From an uncultured Actinomycetes bacterium (GTDB taxonomy: Bacteria > Actinomycetota > UBA4738 > JBBDTT01): a stretch of 64,000 nt of DNA. A program made the translations under genes and the position numbers. Positions 27,758-37,735 of the stretch are shown piece after piece. Where the stretch lies: the NCBI GenBank assembly GCA_963742735.1, contig CAVUMN010000003.1, forward strand, positions 256,001 to 320,000, read 5' to 3'. The notes under the pieces were generated by a model, which was given only the letters and a program-made list of their open reading frames with translations, did no database searches and had not been told where the DNA came from. Within the stretch, counting starts at the first letter, position 1, and the number at the start of each line of letters is the position of its first letter.

Positions 27758-29196
27758 CAGCGCACCCCGACCTGGACGTTGCGGAACCGCGCCGGCGGCG
27801 TGCCGTGGCCGACCCGCGCCGTCTGGGGCGGCTGGCCCTTCCCGCAGTTCGGGGTTCCCCACACCGTCCACTCCTCCGGGCCGCCGACCGCGTCGCAGGA
27901 GCCCCAGAACTCCGTCGTGATCCCCGTGTAGTTGGGGTTGCGGTACATCTGGGTGAGCTTGCCGTCCTTGATCCGCCAGGCGATCTCGCAGCCGAACTGG
28001 AAGTTCACTCGCTTGTCGTCGATCGACCACGACGTGTTGGTCGAGAAGTAGATGCCGTCCTTGGTGTCCGCGATGATCTCCGCCAGCGTCCCCTCCCGCG
28101 GCAGCAGGTTGATGTTCGTCATCCGGATGATCGGCAGGTTCTGCCACCCGTCGCATCGGCTGGTCCCGTTCGAGGTCTCCCCGATCATGGCCGCGGTGTC
28201 CCGCGAGGAGATGAAGTTCTGGAAGACGCCGTCCTCGATCACCGTGACGGCCTGCGCCGGCACCCCTTCGTCGTCGTAGCCGTACGTTCCGAGCCCTCCC
28301 GGCAGGGTGGCGTCGGCGGTGATGGTGATCAGCTCCGAGCCGTAGCGGAGCTTCCCCCGGTCCTCCGGCGTGAGGAACGACGTTCCCGCGAACGCCTCCT
28401 CCATGCGGAGCACGCGGTCGAGCTCGATCGGATGGCCGACCGACTCGTGGACCTGCAGGATCACCTGGTTCGAGTCCAGGACGAGTGTGGTCAGCTCGCT
28501 CGGACAGTCCGGCGCGGTGAGGAGCTCGACCGCCTCGGTGGCGACGCGCTCCGCCTCGGTCACCAGCGGGAGCGTGCGGATGTGCTCGTAGCCCGCCGCG
28601 GTGATGTGCCCACGGAACGAGTTCGGGAACGAGCGCCGCTGGATCTCGCCGTCGCCGATCGCGGTCGCCTCGATCCCGCCCCCGGAGTGCACGATGGTCT
28701 GCTCGATCGCGGCGCCCTCGCTCGAGGCGAACGAGGACCGGCGGCGATAGAAGTCTAGGCCGGCCTCCCCGAACGCCACCCCGGGGACGGCCTGCATCCG
28801 TCGGGACGCCTCCATGAGGAGCGAGACCTTCTCGTCCAGGGCGACCGTGAACGGGTCCTCGACGATGTGGGTCTCCCACCGCCCGGTCACCGGCTCGACC
28901 TCGGCGAGGGTCATCGGCTCGCGGGGCAGGCGCGACGCCGCCCGGGCGATCTCCACGGCGAGGGCGGCCGTGCGGTTGATCTCGGCCTCGTCGGTGCGGG
29001 CGGTCGCCGCGAACCCGAGGTAGCCGTCGACCAGAACGCGGATGCCGATCCCCTCGGAGTAGGAACGGTCTACGCCCTCCATCTCCTGGTTCTTGACCGT
29101 GAGGGACTCGTTGTCGGTCGCGATGAACCGGGCGTCCGCGTACTCGGCGCCGGCCGCGCGCGCGGCCTCGACCGCCTGCTGGACGAGCTCGATCAC
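27757..29196 (-). CDS. tldD: TldD metalloprotease subunit
   Basis: YADARF, HESVGHPIELD, YDDEGV, IRMTN, CGKGQP. Confidence 0.9.
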   Translation of the reverse strand: MIELVQQAVEAARAAGAEYADARFIATDNESLTVKNQEMEGVDRSYSEGIGIRVLVDGYLGFAATARTDEAEINRTAALAVEIARAASRLPREPMTLAEVEPVTGRWETHIVEDPFTVALDEKVSLLMEASRRMQAVPGVAFGEAGLDFYRRRSSFASSEGAAIEQTIVHSGGGIEATAIGDGEIQRRSFPNSFRGHITAAGYEHIRTLPLVTEAERVATEAVELLTAPDCPSELTTLVLDSNQVILQVHESVGHPIELDRVLRMEEAFAGTSFLTPEDRGKLRYGSELITITADATLPGGLGTYGYDDEGVPAQAVTVIEDGVFQNFISSRDTAAMIGETSNGTSRCDGWQNLPIIRMTNINLLPREGTLAEIIADTKDGIYFSTNTSWSIDDKRVNFQFGCEIAWRIKDGKLTQMYRNPNYTGITTEFWGSCDAVGGPEEWTVWGTPNCGKGQPPQTARVGHGTPPARFRNVQVGVR

Positions 29197-29231
29197 GGCG
29201 AGATCCTCCCCCCGATCCGGAACGCCGAAGC

Positions 29232-30692
29232 CTAGCGGAGCCGCGGGCCTCCACGCTGGGCGACGTACATCGTGTCCTTCGTGGCCTGGGCTCCCAGGAC
29301 CAGGGCCTCCTCGGGAGGCCCGAGTCCCACCGGACCGTTCGCGCCGGCGCTCACGTCCTCGACGTAGGCGATGTGGAAGCGGCCGTCGGGGCCGACGGCG
29401 ATCTGCAGGAAGTCCCACAGCTCCCGCAGGAGCGGGCCGTAGTGGACGGGTGTCGGGTCGGCCACGCGGCGGACGACCTGCGGCCGCCGGTCGGCGTTGA
29501 GCACCACGCCGGCGTGCAGGTACCAGGCCGCGGGGTCGGCCGGAGCACCGGCCGCGACCTGCGGGTTGGCGTCGGCGTTCGGGATCGGGGCGTCGGCCTC
29601 GTACCAGGCCAGCGCCACGCGGCCGCGAGCCCCGCCCACGATCCAGGGGAACACCGCGCACCCCGTTCCGTCGCTCACCCGGACCTTCCTGCCCCAGGTG
29701 TGCCCGCCGTCGCGGGACGCCGCGTAGTACACGTCGCAACCGTCGTCGGCGTCGGGCTGGGTCGGGTTCGGCGCGTCCTCGGAGGCGTCGTCCGCGTCGT
29801 CCTCGGCCCACGTCCCGTAGACGATGCCTGCGTCGTCGACCGCGGTGGAGACCATGAAGTCCGCGATCTCGCGGCCCTCCTCGACATCCGCGACCCCAAC
29901 CTCCTCCCACGTCGCGCCGCCGTCGTGGGTTGACCGCGAGCACAGCGAGAGGTAGTCGCCGCAGTTCCCGAACAGGTACGCGTCCTCCGTGCGGTCCCGG
30001 GGGGCCGCGATCATCCCGGGGAAGTAGAGCTGCTCGGGCAGCGTGTTGGTCGTCTCGGTCCACGACATGCCGCCGTCCGTGCTCTTGTAGATCGCGATGT
30101 GCGACGAGTGGTTGACGTAGAGCCACAGGACCTCACCGGCATCGTCGCTCGCGTAGGCGAGCCAGGGCCGGTCGTCGACGCCGGGGAGGACGCCGATCGT
30201 GTGTGGGATCGTGTACTCCCACGCCGGTTGCTCGCCGTGCACGCCCGTCGCCGCCGCCCACCGGGTGAACGCCAGGAAGGAGATGCCGGTGTCCACGAAG
30301 TACATGGCGTCGTCGTCCGCGATGGCGATGTCGCCCTCGGCCCCGAGCGGCGAGAGCTCACGGAACTGTCCCGGCGTGTGAAGGACCTCGAAGCTCTTCC
30401 CGCCGTTCTGCGAGATCCACACCGGCGAGGCCCGGCCGACCGTGGTCACCCCGGAGAGGTAGATGACCCCCTTCGAGTCGACCTTGATGGAGGGCTCGCC
30501 CGAGCCCTGCCGTTCGCCGTTGCCGAGCACCGCGCTCGGAAGGTCGTGGGCCTCGACCTGGAGCGGCCGGGTGAACGTCAACGTCGGGGCGGGCCGCTTC
30601 GCCCTCTTCGCCTGGGCGGGAATGGTCGGCAGCAGCAGGGCGATGGCGAGGGCGAGGGCGAGGGCGAGTGGGAACGGCGAGCGTCGGCGCAT
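29232..30692 (-). CDS. Secreted sialidase-like / BNR (Asp-box) beta-propeller protein
   Basis: Signal peptide ending AQA; Asp-boxes SQNGGKSF, STDGGMSW, THDGGATW, SRDGGHTW; GEPSI and DRPW motifs. Confidence 0.75.
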   Translation of the reverse strand: MRRRSPFPLALALALAIALLLPTIPAQAKRAKRPAPTLTFTRPLQVEAHDLPSAVLGNGERQGSGEPSIKVDSKGVIYLSGVTTVGRASPVWISQNGGKSFEVLHTPGQFRELSPLGAEGDIAIADDDAMYFVDTGISFLAFTRWAAATGVHGEQPAWEYTIPHTIGVLPGVDDRPWLAYASDDAGEVLWLYVNHSSHIAIYKSTDGGMSWTETTNTLPEQLYFPGMIAAPRDRTEDAYLFGNCGDYLSLCSRSTHDGGATWEEVGVADVEEGREIADFMVSTAVDDAGIVYGTWAEDDADDASEDAPNPTQPDADDGCDVYYAASRDGGHTWGRKVRVSDGTGCAVFPWIVGGARGRVALAWYEADAPIPNADANPQVAAGAPADPAAWYLHAGVVLNADRRPQVVRRVADPTPVHYGPLLRELWDFLQIAVGPDGRFHIAYVEDVSAGANGPVGLGPPEEALVLGAQATKDTMYVAQRGGPRLR

Positions 30693-30805
30693 CGTCGGGC
30701 CTCCTGGATGGGCGGGTCCTGGGGTGAGGATTCTCCCTCGGTCCCGGCCGGGCCTGCCAGCCCTCACGTTGCGGCCGCGGGGCGGGTTCGGCCATGCTGG
30801 CCGGC

Positions 30806-31846
30806 ATGAAGCTCGGCCTGCACATGGGGTACTGGGGCGCCGCGCCGGTCGACGTCATGCCGTTCGTCCTGGCGGCCGAAGAGGCCGGGTGGGACTCGGT
30901 CTGGAGCGCCGAGGCGTACGGGTCGGACGCGGTGGTCATGATCGCGTGGGTGGCCGCCCGGACCTCTCGCATCTCGATCGGCACCTCGATCATGCAGATG
31001 CCCGCGCGGACGCCGGCCGCGAGTGCGATGACCGCGATCACGCTCGACCATCTGACCGAGGGCCGCTTCAAGCTCGGCCTCGGGACCAGCGGGCCGCAGG
31101 TGTCCGAGGGCTGGCACGGGGTGCCGTTCGGCAAGCCGCTGACGCGCACCCGGGAGTACGTGGAGATCGTCCGGCGGATCCTGGCCCGCGAAGCGCCGCT
31201 CGAGTTCCACGGCGAGTACTACGACGTCCCGGCCACCACCGGCAGCGGCCTGGGGAAGCCGCTGAAGACGATCGTGCACCCCTTCCGCGCCGACCTGCCC
31301 ATCTACCTGGCGTCGATCGGACCGAAGAACGTGGCGCTCACCGCCGAGATCGCCGACGGATGGATGCCGGCCTTCTATTCCCCGAATCACCCGGAAGCCT
31401 TCGAGCCCTACCTCAAGGAGGGGTTCGCGGCCGCCGGCAAGGACGGGTCGGACTTCGACGTCGCCCCGTTCTGCCCGATGTTCATCGGCTCGGACGTGCA
31501 GGCCTGCCGCGACCTGGTGAAGCCGATCATGGCGCTGTACATCGGCGGCATGGGCGCCCGGAACAAGAACTTCTACAACGAGCTCGTCCAGCGCTACGGC
31601 TACGAGGGCGAGGCCAAGCAGATCCAGGACCTGTACCTGGAGGGCAAGAAGGCCGAGGCCGCCGGCGCCGTCCCCGACGCCTTGGTGGACGAGGTGGCGC
31701 TGGTCGGTCCCGTCGAGCGCATAGCCGACTCCCTGCCGGCCTGGAAGGCGGCCGGGGTGACCACGCTCATCATGGGGACGGCCACCTTCGGGGACCCGCC
31801 CGTCAAGGAGTACGCCCTGCTCGCGGAGACCGCGGCCGCCCTGTAA
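30806..31846 (+). CDS. LLM class F420-dependent oxidoreductase
   Basis: VWSAEAYGSDA, ARTPA..AMTA.TLDHL, LGLGTSGPQVSEGWHG, YIGGMGA...NFY. Confidence 0.93.
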   Translation: MKLGLHMGYWGAAPVDVMPFVLAAEEAGWDSVWSAEAYGSDAVVMIAWVAARTSRISIGTSIMQMPARTPAASAMTAITLDHLTEGRFKLGLGTSGPQVSEGWHGVPFGKPLTRTREYVEIVRRILAREAPLEFHGEYYDVPATTGSGLGKPLKTIVHPFRADLPIYLASIGPKNVALTAEIADGWMPAFYSPNHPEAFEPYLKEGFAAAGKDGSDFDVAPFCPMFIGSDVQACRDLVKPIMALYIGGMGARNKNFYNELVQRYGYEGEAKQIQDLYLEGKKAEAAGAVPDALVDEVALVGPVERIADSLPAWKAAGVTTLIMGTATFGDPPVKEYALLAETAAAL

Positions 31847-31849
31847 GGA

Positions 31850-32323
31850 ATGACCGGGACCCGGGGGGCGGCACGCGCGCTGCTCGCGACCTTCGCCGCG
31901 GCGCTCGTCGTCGGGGCCCTGTTCCCCGTCCTCACCGAGCCCGGCGTGCAGGTGGTGGGCGTCGAGGAGCTCGTGGCCCGGAGATCCGACGCGTTGGCGT
32001 ATTTCACGCTCGACCTCCTGTTCGTCGTTCTGTACGCAGTGGTGGGACCCATCGTGCTGTGGAGGTTCGGACGGGCCCGCTCCGGGACGCCGGACGGGCG
32101 GGTTCCGCGACGGATCGGGGTGGCGGCGGTGAGCCTGGTCCTGGGCGGGATGTGCGACGCCGTCGAGAACGTGCTCCTGCTCGGCGCGTCCACCAGCGGG
32201 AACCGGGAGGCGGTCGACCTCGCCCACGCCCTGGCGTGGCCCAAGTACGCGTTCGCGGCGGTGGCGCTCGTGCTGGTCCTGGCCGTGCTTCCCGACGCGT
32301 GGCGCGAGGCCCGCGGCCGGTGA
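31850..32323 (+). CDS. Hypothetical membrane protein (4 TM)
   Basis: Hydrophobic helices; D.LF...Y and CDAVEN..LL motifs; operon-like spacing. Confidence 0.65.
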   Translation: MTGTRGAARALLATFAAALVVGALFPVLTEPGVQVVGVEELVARRSDALAYFTLDLLFVVLYAVVGPIVLWRFGRARSGTPDGRVPRRIGVAAVSLVLGGMCDAVENVLLLGASTSGNREAVDLAHALAWPKYAFAAVALVLVLAVLPDAWREARGR

Positions 32324-32982
32324 GCCCGAGGATCTCGCTGGCCGAGGCCACCCGCCAGGTCGCCGGCCGCGATCCGGCGCTCGGGGCGATCATCGAACAG
32401 GCCGGTCCGTGCCGGCTGAAGGCGAACCGCGACGAGTCGGGCTTCTTCGCCGAGCTGGTCGAGTCGATCATGTACCAGCAGCTCGCCGGCAAGGCCGCGG
32501 CCGCCATCCACGGCAGGTTCGTCGCCGCGATCGGCGGAACGGTGACGCCCGAGGCGGTGCTCCGTACCCCGGAGCCGGCGATCCGGGCCGCTGGGGTGTC
32601 GGGGGCCAAGGCCGCGGCCGTCCTCGACCTTGCGGCCAAGGTCTCCGACGGGACGGTCCCGCTCATCGGGATCTCCCGGCTCGGCGACGAGGAGATCGTC
32701 GGGCGCCTGACCCAGGTCCGGGGGATCGGGCGGTGGACCGCCGAGATGTTCCTGATGTTCCGGCTCCGCCGGCTGGACGTGTGGCCGGTGGACGATCTGG
32801 GTGTGCGCGCGGGGTGGGCGCTGGCCCACGGGCTCGTCGAAACCCCCACCGCGAAGGCGCTCCAGCCGGAGGGCGAGCGGTTCCGCCCGTTCCGGACCGT
32901 GGCCGCCTGGTACTGCTGGGAGGCCGTGCACCTGCAGCGCGCGGGATCCCTGGCCAAGCAGGTGGGGCGCTCGGCTCGGTAG
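32320..32982 (+). CDS. alkA: DNA-3-methyladenine glycosylase II (AlkA/HhH-GPD family)
   Basis: IMYQQLAGKAA, VRGIGRWTAEMFL (HhH), DVWPVDDLG, PFRTVAAWY. Confidence 0.88.
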   Translation: MSPRISLAEATRQVAGRDPALGAIIEQAGPCRLKANRDESGFFAELVESIMYQQLAGKAAAAIHGRFVAAIGGTVTPEAVLRTPEPAIRAAGVSGAKAAAVLDLAAKVSDGTVPLIGISRLGDEEIVGRLTQVRGIGRWTAEMFLMFRLRRLDVWPVDDLGVRAGWALAHGLVETPTAKALQPEGERFRPFRTVAAWYCWEAVHLQRAGSLAKQVGRSAR

Positions 32983-33042
32983 AAATGTTCCGCAGGTCCC
33001 GATCCGGGTACTTTGTGCGCTGAACACCCAGAAGGAAGGGGA

Positions 33043-34140
33043 ATGCCCGTGAAGTCCGTTCGTCTCGTGCTTCTGTGTGTGGCCGTGACGCTGGCCTCGC
33101 TCGTCGGCCTGGCCTCGCCCGCGTCCGCGGCCACGATCAACGTCGGCCCGGGAGAGTCCATCCAGGCCGCGGTCGACGCGGCGCAGCCCGGCGACACGAT
33201 CGTCGTCGCCGCCGGCACCTACCACGAGAGCGTCGTGATCCGCGAGGACGACCTCACGATCCTGGGAGCCGACGCCAGCCCGTTCGGGACCGTCCTCGAG
33301 CCGCCCGCAAGCCCGCCCAACAACCTGTGCCAGGGCGACGACGGCACGTTCAGCGGCTTCTGCATCCTGGGCGAGCTGCCCGGGGAGGACGAGCCGTTCG
33401 AGCCCGGCGGCCCGGTCGTGCTGAACACCCACATCGACGGTTTCCTGATCCGCGGCTTCTCCTCGTCGGGGCTGTTCGCGTTCCACGCCCGCTTCTCGCG
33501 GTTCTCGAACCTGGTGCTGGAGGACAACGACGAGTACGGGCTCTACGTGAACGACTCGCAGGGCACACGGATCAACAACGTGCTCGCCAGCGGGAGCGAC
33601 GAGGCCGGTCTCTACGTCGGCGACACCGCGAACTCGGCAACGGGGATCGCGGACAGCAACGCGTTCGAGAACGGCACGGGGATCTTCATCCGCGACGCCT
33701 CGCAAGGGCTGATCGACAACGTGACGGTGAGCGACAACTGCACGGGCGTCGTCTTCTTGAACACCGGGCTGCCGAACGGGGTCAACCGGTGGACGCTCCG
33801 CAACAGCACCGTGAGCGAGAACAACGCGGCGTGCGCGGCGACGGCCGAGTCCCCGCCGACCTCCGGCATCGGGATCGCGCTGCTCGGGACGCGCGACGTC
33901 ACGATCATCGACAACCGCGTGAACCGGAACCAGCGGAGCGGCCCGTCGGTGTTCTCCGGGGGGATCATGCTCGCCTCGTCGAAGGACTCTGGCGGATCGA
34001 ACCCGATCCGAAACCGGATCGAGACCAACCTGGCCAAGCGCAACCGGCCGGCGGACCTGATCTGGGACGGTACGGGGAGCGACAACCGGTTCGTGAACAA
34101 CGACTGCAACCGCTCGGCCCCGAAGGGTCTCTGCACCTAG
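33043..34140 (+). CDS. Secreted right-handed parallel beta-helix (pectin lyase-like/NosD-like) protein
   Basis: Signal peptide; PGESIQAAVDAAQPGDTIVVAAGTYHE; N/G-rich beta-helix repeats. Confidence 0.85.
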   Translation: MPVKSVRLVLLCVAVTLASLVGLASPASAATINVGPGESIQAAVDAAQPGDTIVVAAGTYHESVVIREDDLTILGADASPFGTVLEPPASPPNNLCQGDDGTFSGFCILGELPGEDEPFEPGGPVVLNTHIDGFLIRGFSSSGLFAFHARFSRFSNLVLEDNDEYGLYVNDSQGTRINNVLASGSDEAGLYVGDTANSATGIADSNAFENGTGIFIRDASQGLIDNVTVSDNCTGVVFLNTGLPNGVNRWTLRNSTVSENNAACAATAESPPTSGIGIALLGTRDVTIIDNRVNRNQRSGPSVFSGGIMLASSKDSGGSNPIRNRIETNLAKRNRPADLIWDGTGSDNRFVNNDCNRSAPKGLCT

Positions 34141-34200
34141 AGGACGAGGGGGATCTCGAGGGCGGCTCGCGCTTCGCGCGGGCCGTTCTCGCGTTCGGGC

Positions 34201-35025
34201 CTAGCCGAAGCCGCGGGCGTCCTGCTTCAGGGCGGTGTCGACGGACAGGGCCGAGGCGACGACCAGGCTGCGCAGCGGCTCGGCGAGCTCCTCGTGGATC
34301 TGCACGACGTAGTTGTCGGCGGTGGTGAACATCGTCTTGGCGAGGCCCTCCCACGTCTTGGTGATCCGGGCGACCTCCCGCCCCGTCGCGTCCTTGATCG
34401 CGAAGTTCCACGCCCGCCAGTTCTCGGCGTTGATCGAGCCGTGGGTCTGTCCGCCGGCCTCCAGGCCGAATCGGATCTTGCCGATCGCGTTCTGCTGGAC
34501 GATCTGGCCGATCTCCGCGCCGGAGCCGTCCTCGACGATGACCCGGGACTTCACGAGCTTGGCCGGGCGGGTGAGGGACAGCTGCAGGCGGCCCTGCATG
34601 TCCACGATCTGGAGCCGATGGGTCATGTACTGGTCGAGCGAGGTGAGCGCCCGCAGGACCTTCCTGGCCGCGGTCTGGCCGACCTGGCGCACCGCGGCGA
34701 CCTGGTTCCCGTTCCCGTCGTAGACCCCGTACTCGTTGTTCAGCTCGATCAGCTTCAACTTCTGGTTCACGACCAGGACCGGCTCGGTGAACAGCGTGCC
34801 GCCGCCCGTCTGGGGCGCCTGGATCCCCGCCCGGGCGACGTCGCCGACGACCTTCTCGGTCCGGCGGTCCACCGTCGGCACCTGCGCGTCGTAGGTGGGC
34901 GGGTCCAGGAAGGTCTGGCCGCCGCGCGACACGTTCTCGGTCCAGTCGCGGCCGTTCCAGTAGCGGTGCTCGAAGCGGCCGAACGGGTCGCCGTACCAGC
35001 CGGCCTCGGGGGGTGCCTGACTCAT
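34201..35025 (-). CDS. DUF2510 + phospholipid scramblase/LURP-one-like protein
   Basis: AGWYGDPFGRFEHRYWNGRDWT (DUF2510); LFTEPVLVVNQK, ENWRAWNF, TTADNY, DTALKQD. Confidence 0.85.
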   Translation of the reverse strand: MSQAPPEAGWYGDPFGRFEHRYWNGRDWTENVSRGGQTFLDPPTYDAQVPTVDRRTEKVVGDVARAGIQAPQTGGGTLFTEPVLVVNQKLKLIELNNEYGVYDGNGNQVAAVRQVGQTAARKVLRALTSLDQYMTHRLQIVDMQGRLQLSLTRPAKLVKSRVIVEDGSGAEIGQIVQQNAIGKIRFGLEAGGQTHGSINAENWRAWNFAIKDATGREVARITKTWEGLAKTMFTTADNYVVQIHEELAEPLRSLVVASALSVDTALKQDARGFG

Positions 35026-35097
35026 GCGCCGAGTGTAGCGGGCTCCCGTCCCACGCCCGCCCGATATCCTTCCGGCGCACCGACGACGGAGGTCTCC

Positions 35098-36027
35098 ATG
35101 GGCATGCTGGACGGCAAGGTCGCCGTGATCACGGGGGCGGGGCGGGGGATCGGACGCGGCGAGGCGCTGCTGTTCGCCCGGGAGGGCGCCCGCGTGGTGG
35201 TGAACGACGTGGGCGGCGAGTGGGACGGCACGGGCGCCGACCCCCGGCCCGCCTCCGGCGTCGTCGAGGAGATCGCCGCCGCCGGGGGAGAGGCGGTCGC
35301 GCACTTCGAGGACATCTCCGAGCCCGAGGGCGCGGCGTCGCTCGTGAAGCTCGCGGTCGACACCTGGGGACGACTCGACGCGGTCGTGAACAACGCCGGG
35401 ATCCTGCGCGACAAGATGATCTTCAACATGTCCGTCGAGGAGTGGGACGCGGTCATCAAGGTCCACCTCCGGGGCCATTTCCTGGTGACGCGGGAGGCGT
35501 GCATCCATTGGCGCGGTTTGGCGAAGGCCGGCGAGCCGGCGGCCGGACGGATCGTGAACACGTCCTCGACCTCCGGGCTTCTCGGCAACATCGGGCAGTC
35601 GAACTACGGGGCGGCCAAGTCCGGGATCGCCTCCCTCTCGCAGATCGTCGGGATGGAGATGGGCAAGTACGGGGTGACCTGCAACGCGATCGCGCCGGGC
35701 GCCCGGACCCGGATGACCGAGAAGACGTTCGGCGACCTCTCCGTCCCCGAGGGCCAGTTCGACGCGCTGGCGCCGGAGAACGTCGCCCCTCTGGTGGCCT
35801 TCCTGTGCACCGACGAGGCTCGGGCCATCACCGGGCAGGTGTTCGGGGTCCAGGGCGGGACGATCCAGCTGTATCGGAGCTGGACCGTCGTGAATCAGAT
35901 CGAGAAGGACGATCGGTGGGAGGTCGCCGAGATCGCTGCCCGCGTCGACGAGTTGTTCGGGGAGCGCCCCCGCCAGTACACGGCCAACGTCTCGTCCTTC
36001 CGCGAGTCGATCGGGATCGGCGAGTGA
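35098..36027 (+). CDS. SDR family oxidoreductase
   Basis: TGAGRGIG, NNAGILRD, YGAAK; GGAGG SD. Confidence 0.93.
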   Translation: MGMLDGKVAVITGAGRGIGRGEALLFAREGARVVVNDVGGEWDGTGADPRPASGVVEEIAAAGGEAVAHFEDISEPEGAASLVKLAVDTWGRLDAVVNNAGILRDKMIFNMSVEEWDAVIKVHLRGHFLVTREACIHWRGLAKAGEPAAGRIVNTSSTSGLLGNIGQSNYGAAKSGIASLSQIVGMEMGKYGVTCNAIAPGARTRMTEKTFGDLSVPEGQFDALAPENVAPLVAFLCTDEARAITGQVFGVQGGTIQLYRSWTVVNQIEKDDRWEVAEIAARVDELFGERPRQYTANVSSFRESIGIGE

Positions 36028-37217
36028 CTCGTCTGTACACCGGCCCGGTCGATCTGTTCGACGGCACGGGCACGAAGGCCGTCAGCAAGCGGGGAGTCCT
36101 CATCGAGGACGGCCGGTTCGCGTGGGTCGGTCCGCACGCCCGCGCCCCGAAGGAGGCTCGCGACGCCGTCCCGCTGGACGTGGAGGGCTTCACGGTCCTG
36201 CCCGGGCTGTTCGACTGCCACGTTCACCTGTGCTTCGACGGCGACGCCGACTTCCTGGCGGAGGCGGCGGTCTCGGAGGCCACCGCCGCGATCAAGGCGT
36301 GCCGGAACGCGGAGCGGCATCTCGGCTCCGGGATCACCACGGTCCGTGACCTGGGGACGATGGGCTCGGTGGCGGTCGACGTCGGCCGCGCGGTCGAGGA
36401 GCACCGGGTCCTCGGCGCGCGGGTGATCGCGTCCGGCCGGGCGTTGACGATCACCGGCGGCCACGGCTGGAGCTCCTTCGCCGAGCAGGTCGACGGGCCC
36501 GAGGGGGTGCGCGCCGGTGTCCGCCGCCAGCTCCGCGCGGGGGCGCGCTCGATCAAGGTGGTGGCCACCGGGGGCGTGCTGACGCCCGGGGTCACCCTGG
36601 ACTTCGTGAGCTTCACCGAGGAGGAGCTGGCGTCCGCCGTCGACGAGGCCCACCGGTGGGGGTTCCCCATCGCCGCCCACGCCCACGGCGAGGAGGGGAT
36701 CGTCCGCGCGACGCGCGCCGGGGTGGACTCGATCGAGCATGGCTCGGTGGCCGGAGCGGCGACCATGAAGCTCCTGGCCGAGCGGGGGACCTTCCACGTG
36801 CCGACGTTCGGCGCCCACGCCGGCATCGTCGATCACCCCGACCAGGTCGCCGCCTACGTCATCGAGAAGGGCCGGCAGATCTTCGAGGTCGCCAAGGCAT
36901 CGTTCCGCCACGCGGTGAAGGCCGGCGTGCGTCACGCCACCGGGACCGACGCGGGCACCCCGTTCAACCGCCACGGCGAGACGCCGATGGAGATCGTGCG
37001 GATGGTCGAGTACGGCCTGCCGGTGGCCACGGCCCTGCTGGCCTCGACCGCGAACGCCGCGGCGCTCTGCCGCGTGGACGACCGCCTGGGAACCATCGAG
37101 CCGGGGAAGGTGGCCGACCTGGTCGCCTACGCCGCGAGCCCGCTGGACGACGTGACGGCCGTGCGCACCCCGGCCGTGGTGGTCAAGGACGGCGCGATCG
37201 CCGTCTGGGCCGACTGA
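36024..37217 (+). CDS. Metal-dependent amidohydrolase family protein
   Basis: PGLFDCHVHL, TTVRDLG, IKV.ATGG, AHAHG, SIEHG, GTDAG, GKVADLV. Confidence 0.92.
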   Translation: MTRLYTGPVDLFDGTGTKAVSKRGVLIEDGRFAWVGPHARAPKEARDAVPLDVEGFTVLPGLFDCHVHLCFDGDADFLAEAAVSEATAAIKACRNAERHLGSGITTVRDLGTMGSVAVDVGRAVEEHRVLGARVIASGRALTITGGHGWSSFAEQVDGPEGVRAGVRRQLRAGARSIKVVATGGVLTPGVTLDFVSFTEEELASAVDEAHRWGFPIAAHAHGEEGIVRATRAGVDSIEHGSVAGAATMKLLAERGTFHVPTFGAHAGIVDHPDQVAAYVIEKGRQIFEVAKASFRHAVKAGVRHATGTDAGTPFNRHGETPMEIVRMVEYGLPVATALLASTANAAALCRVDDRLGTIEPGKVADLVAYAASPLDDVTAVRTPAVVVKDGAIAVWAD

Positions 37218-37255
37218 GTTAATCCGAAGGCCACTTCCGGGCTCTGTACGGGTGA

Positions 37256-37735
37256 GTGCAGGATGCCCGGGTGAGGGAGCGCGTCGCGGACGCCGTCGAG
37301 GAGGCCTACCGGGACCACGCGCCCCGGCTGTGGCGGGCGCTCGTTCTGTACACGGGCGACCCTGAGGTGGCGAGCGACGCGGTAGCGGAGACGTTCGCAC
37401 GAGCCCTCGCGGAGCGGGCGCGGATCCAGGCGCCGGAGCGGTGGATATGGCGGGTCGGGTTCCGGATCGCTGCGCGTGAGCTGAAGCGCCGGGCACGCGA
37501 GGGAGGCGAGATGTTGGAGGCGGCATACGAGATGCCCGAGCCCACCGCAGGCCTGGTCGAGGCCCTGCGAGCGCTCTCGCCGAAGCAGCGCGCCGCGGTG
37601 GTCCTCCACTACTACGCCGACGCGCCGCTGGAGGAGATCGCCCGGACAATCGGCTCGACCCGCTCGGCGGTCGGCGTGCACCTCCATCGTGCCCGGGCAC
37701 GACTGAGAGAACTGCTGGGAGACGCCGATGCCTGA
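37256..37735 (+). CDS. ECF RNA polymerase sigma factor
   Basis: Region 2 (A.DAVAETFARA...WIWRVGFR) and region 4 (LSPKQRAAVVLHYY...EIA...VHLHRARARLR). Confidence 0.88.
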   Translation: MQDARVRERVADAVEEAYRDHAPRLWRALVLYTGDPEVASDAVAETFARALAERARIQAPERWIWRVGFRIAARELKRRAREGGEMLEAAYEMPEPTAGLVEALRALSPKQRAAVVLHYYADAPLEEIARTIGSTRSAVGVHLHRARARLRELLGDADA

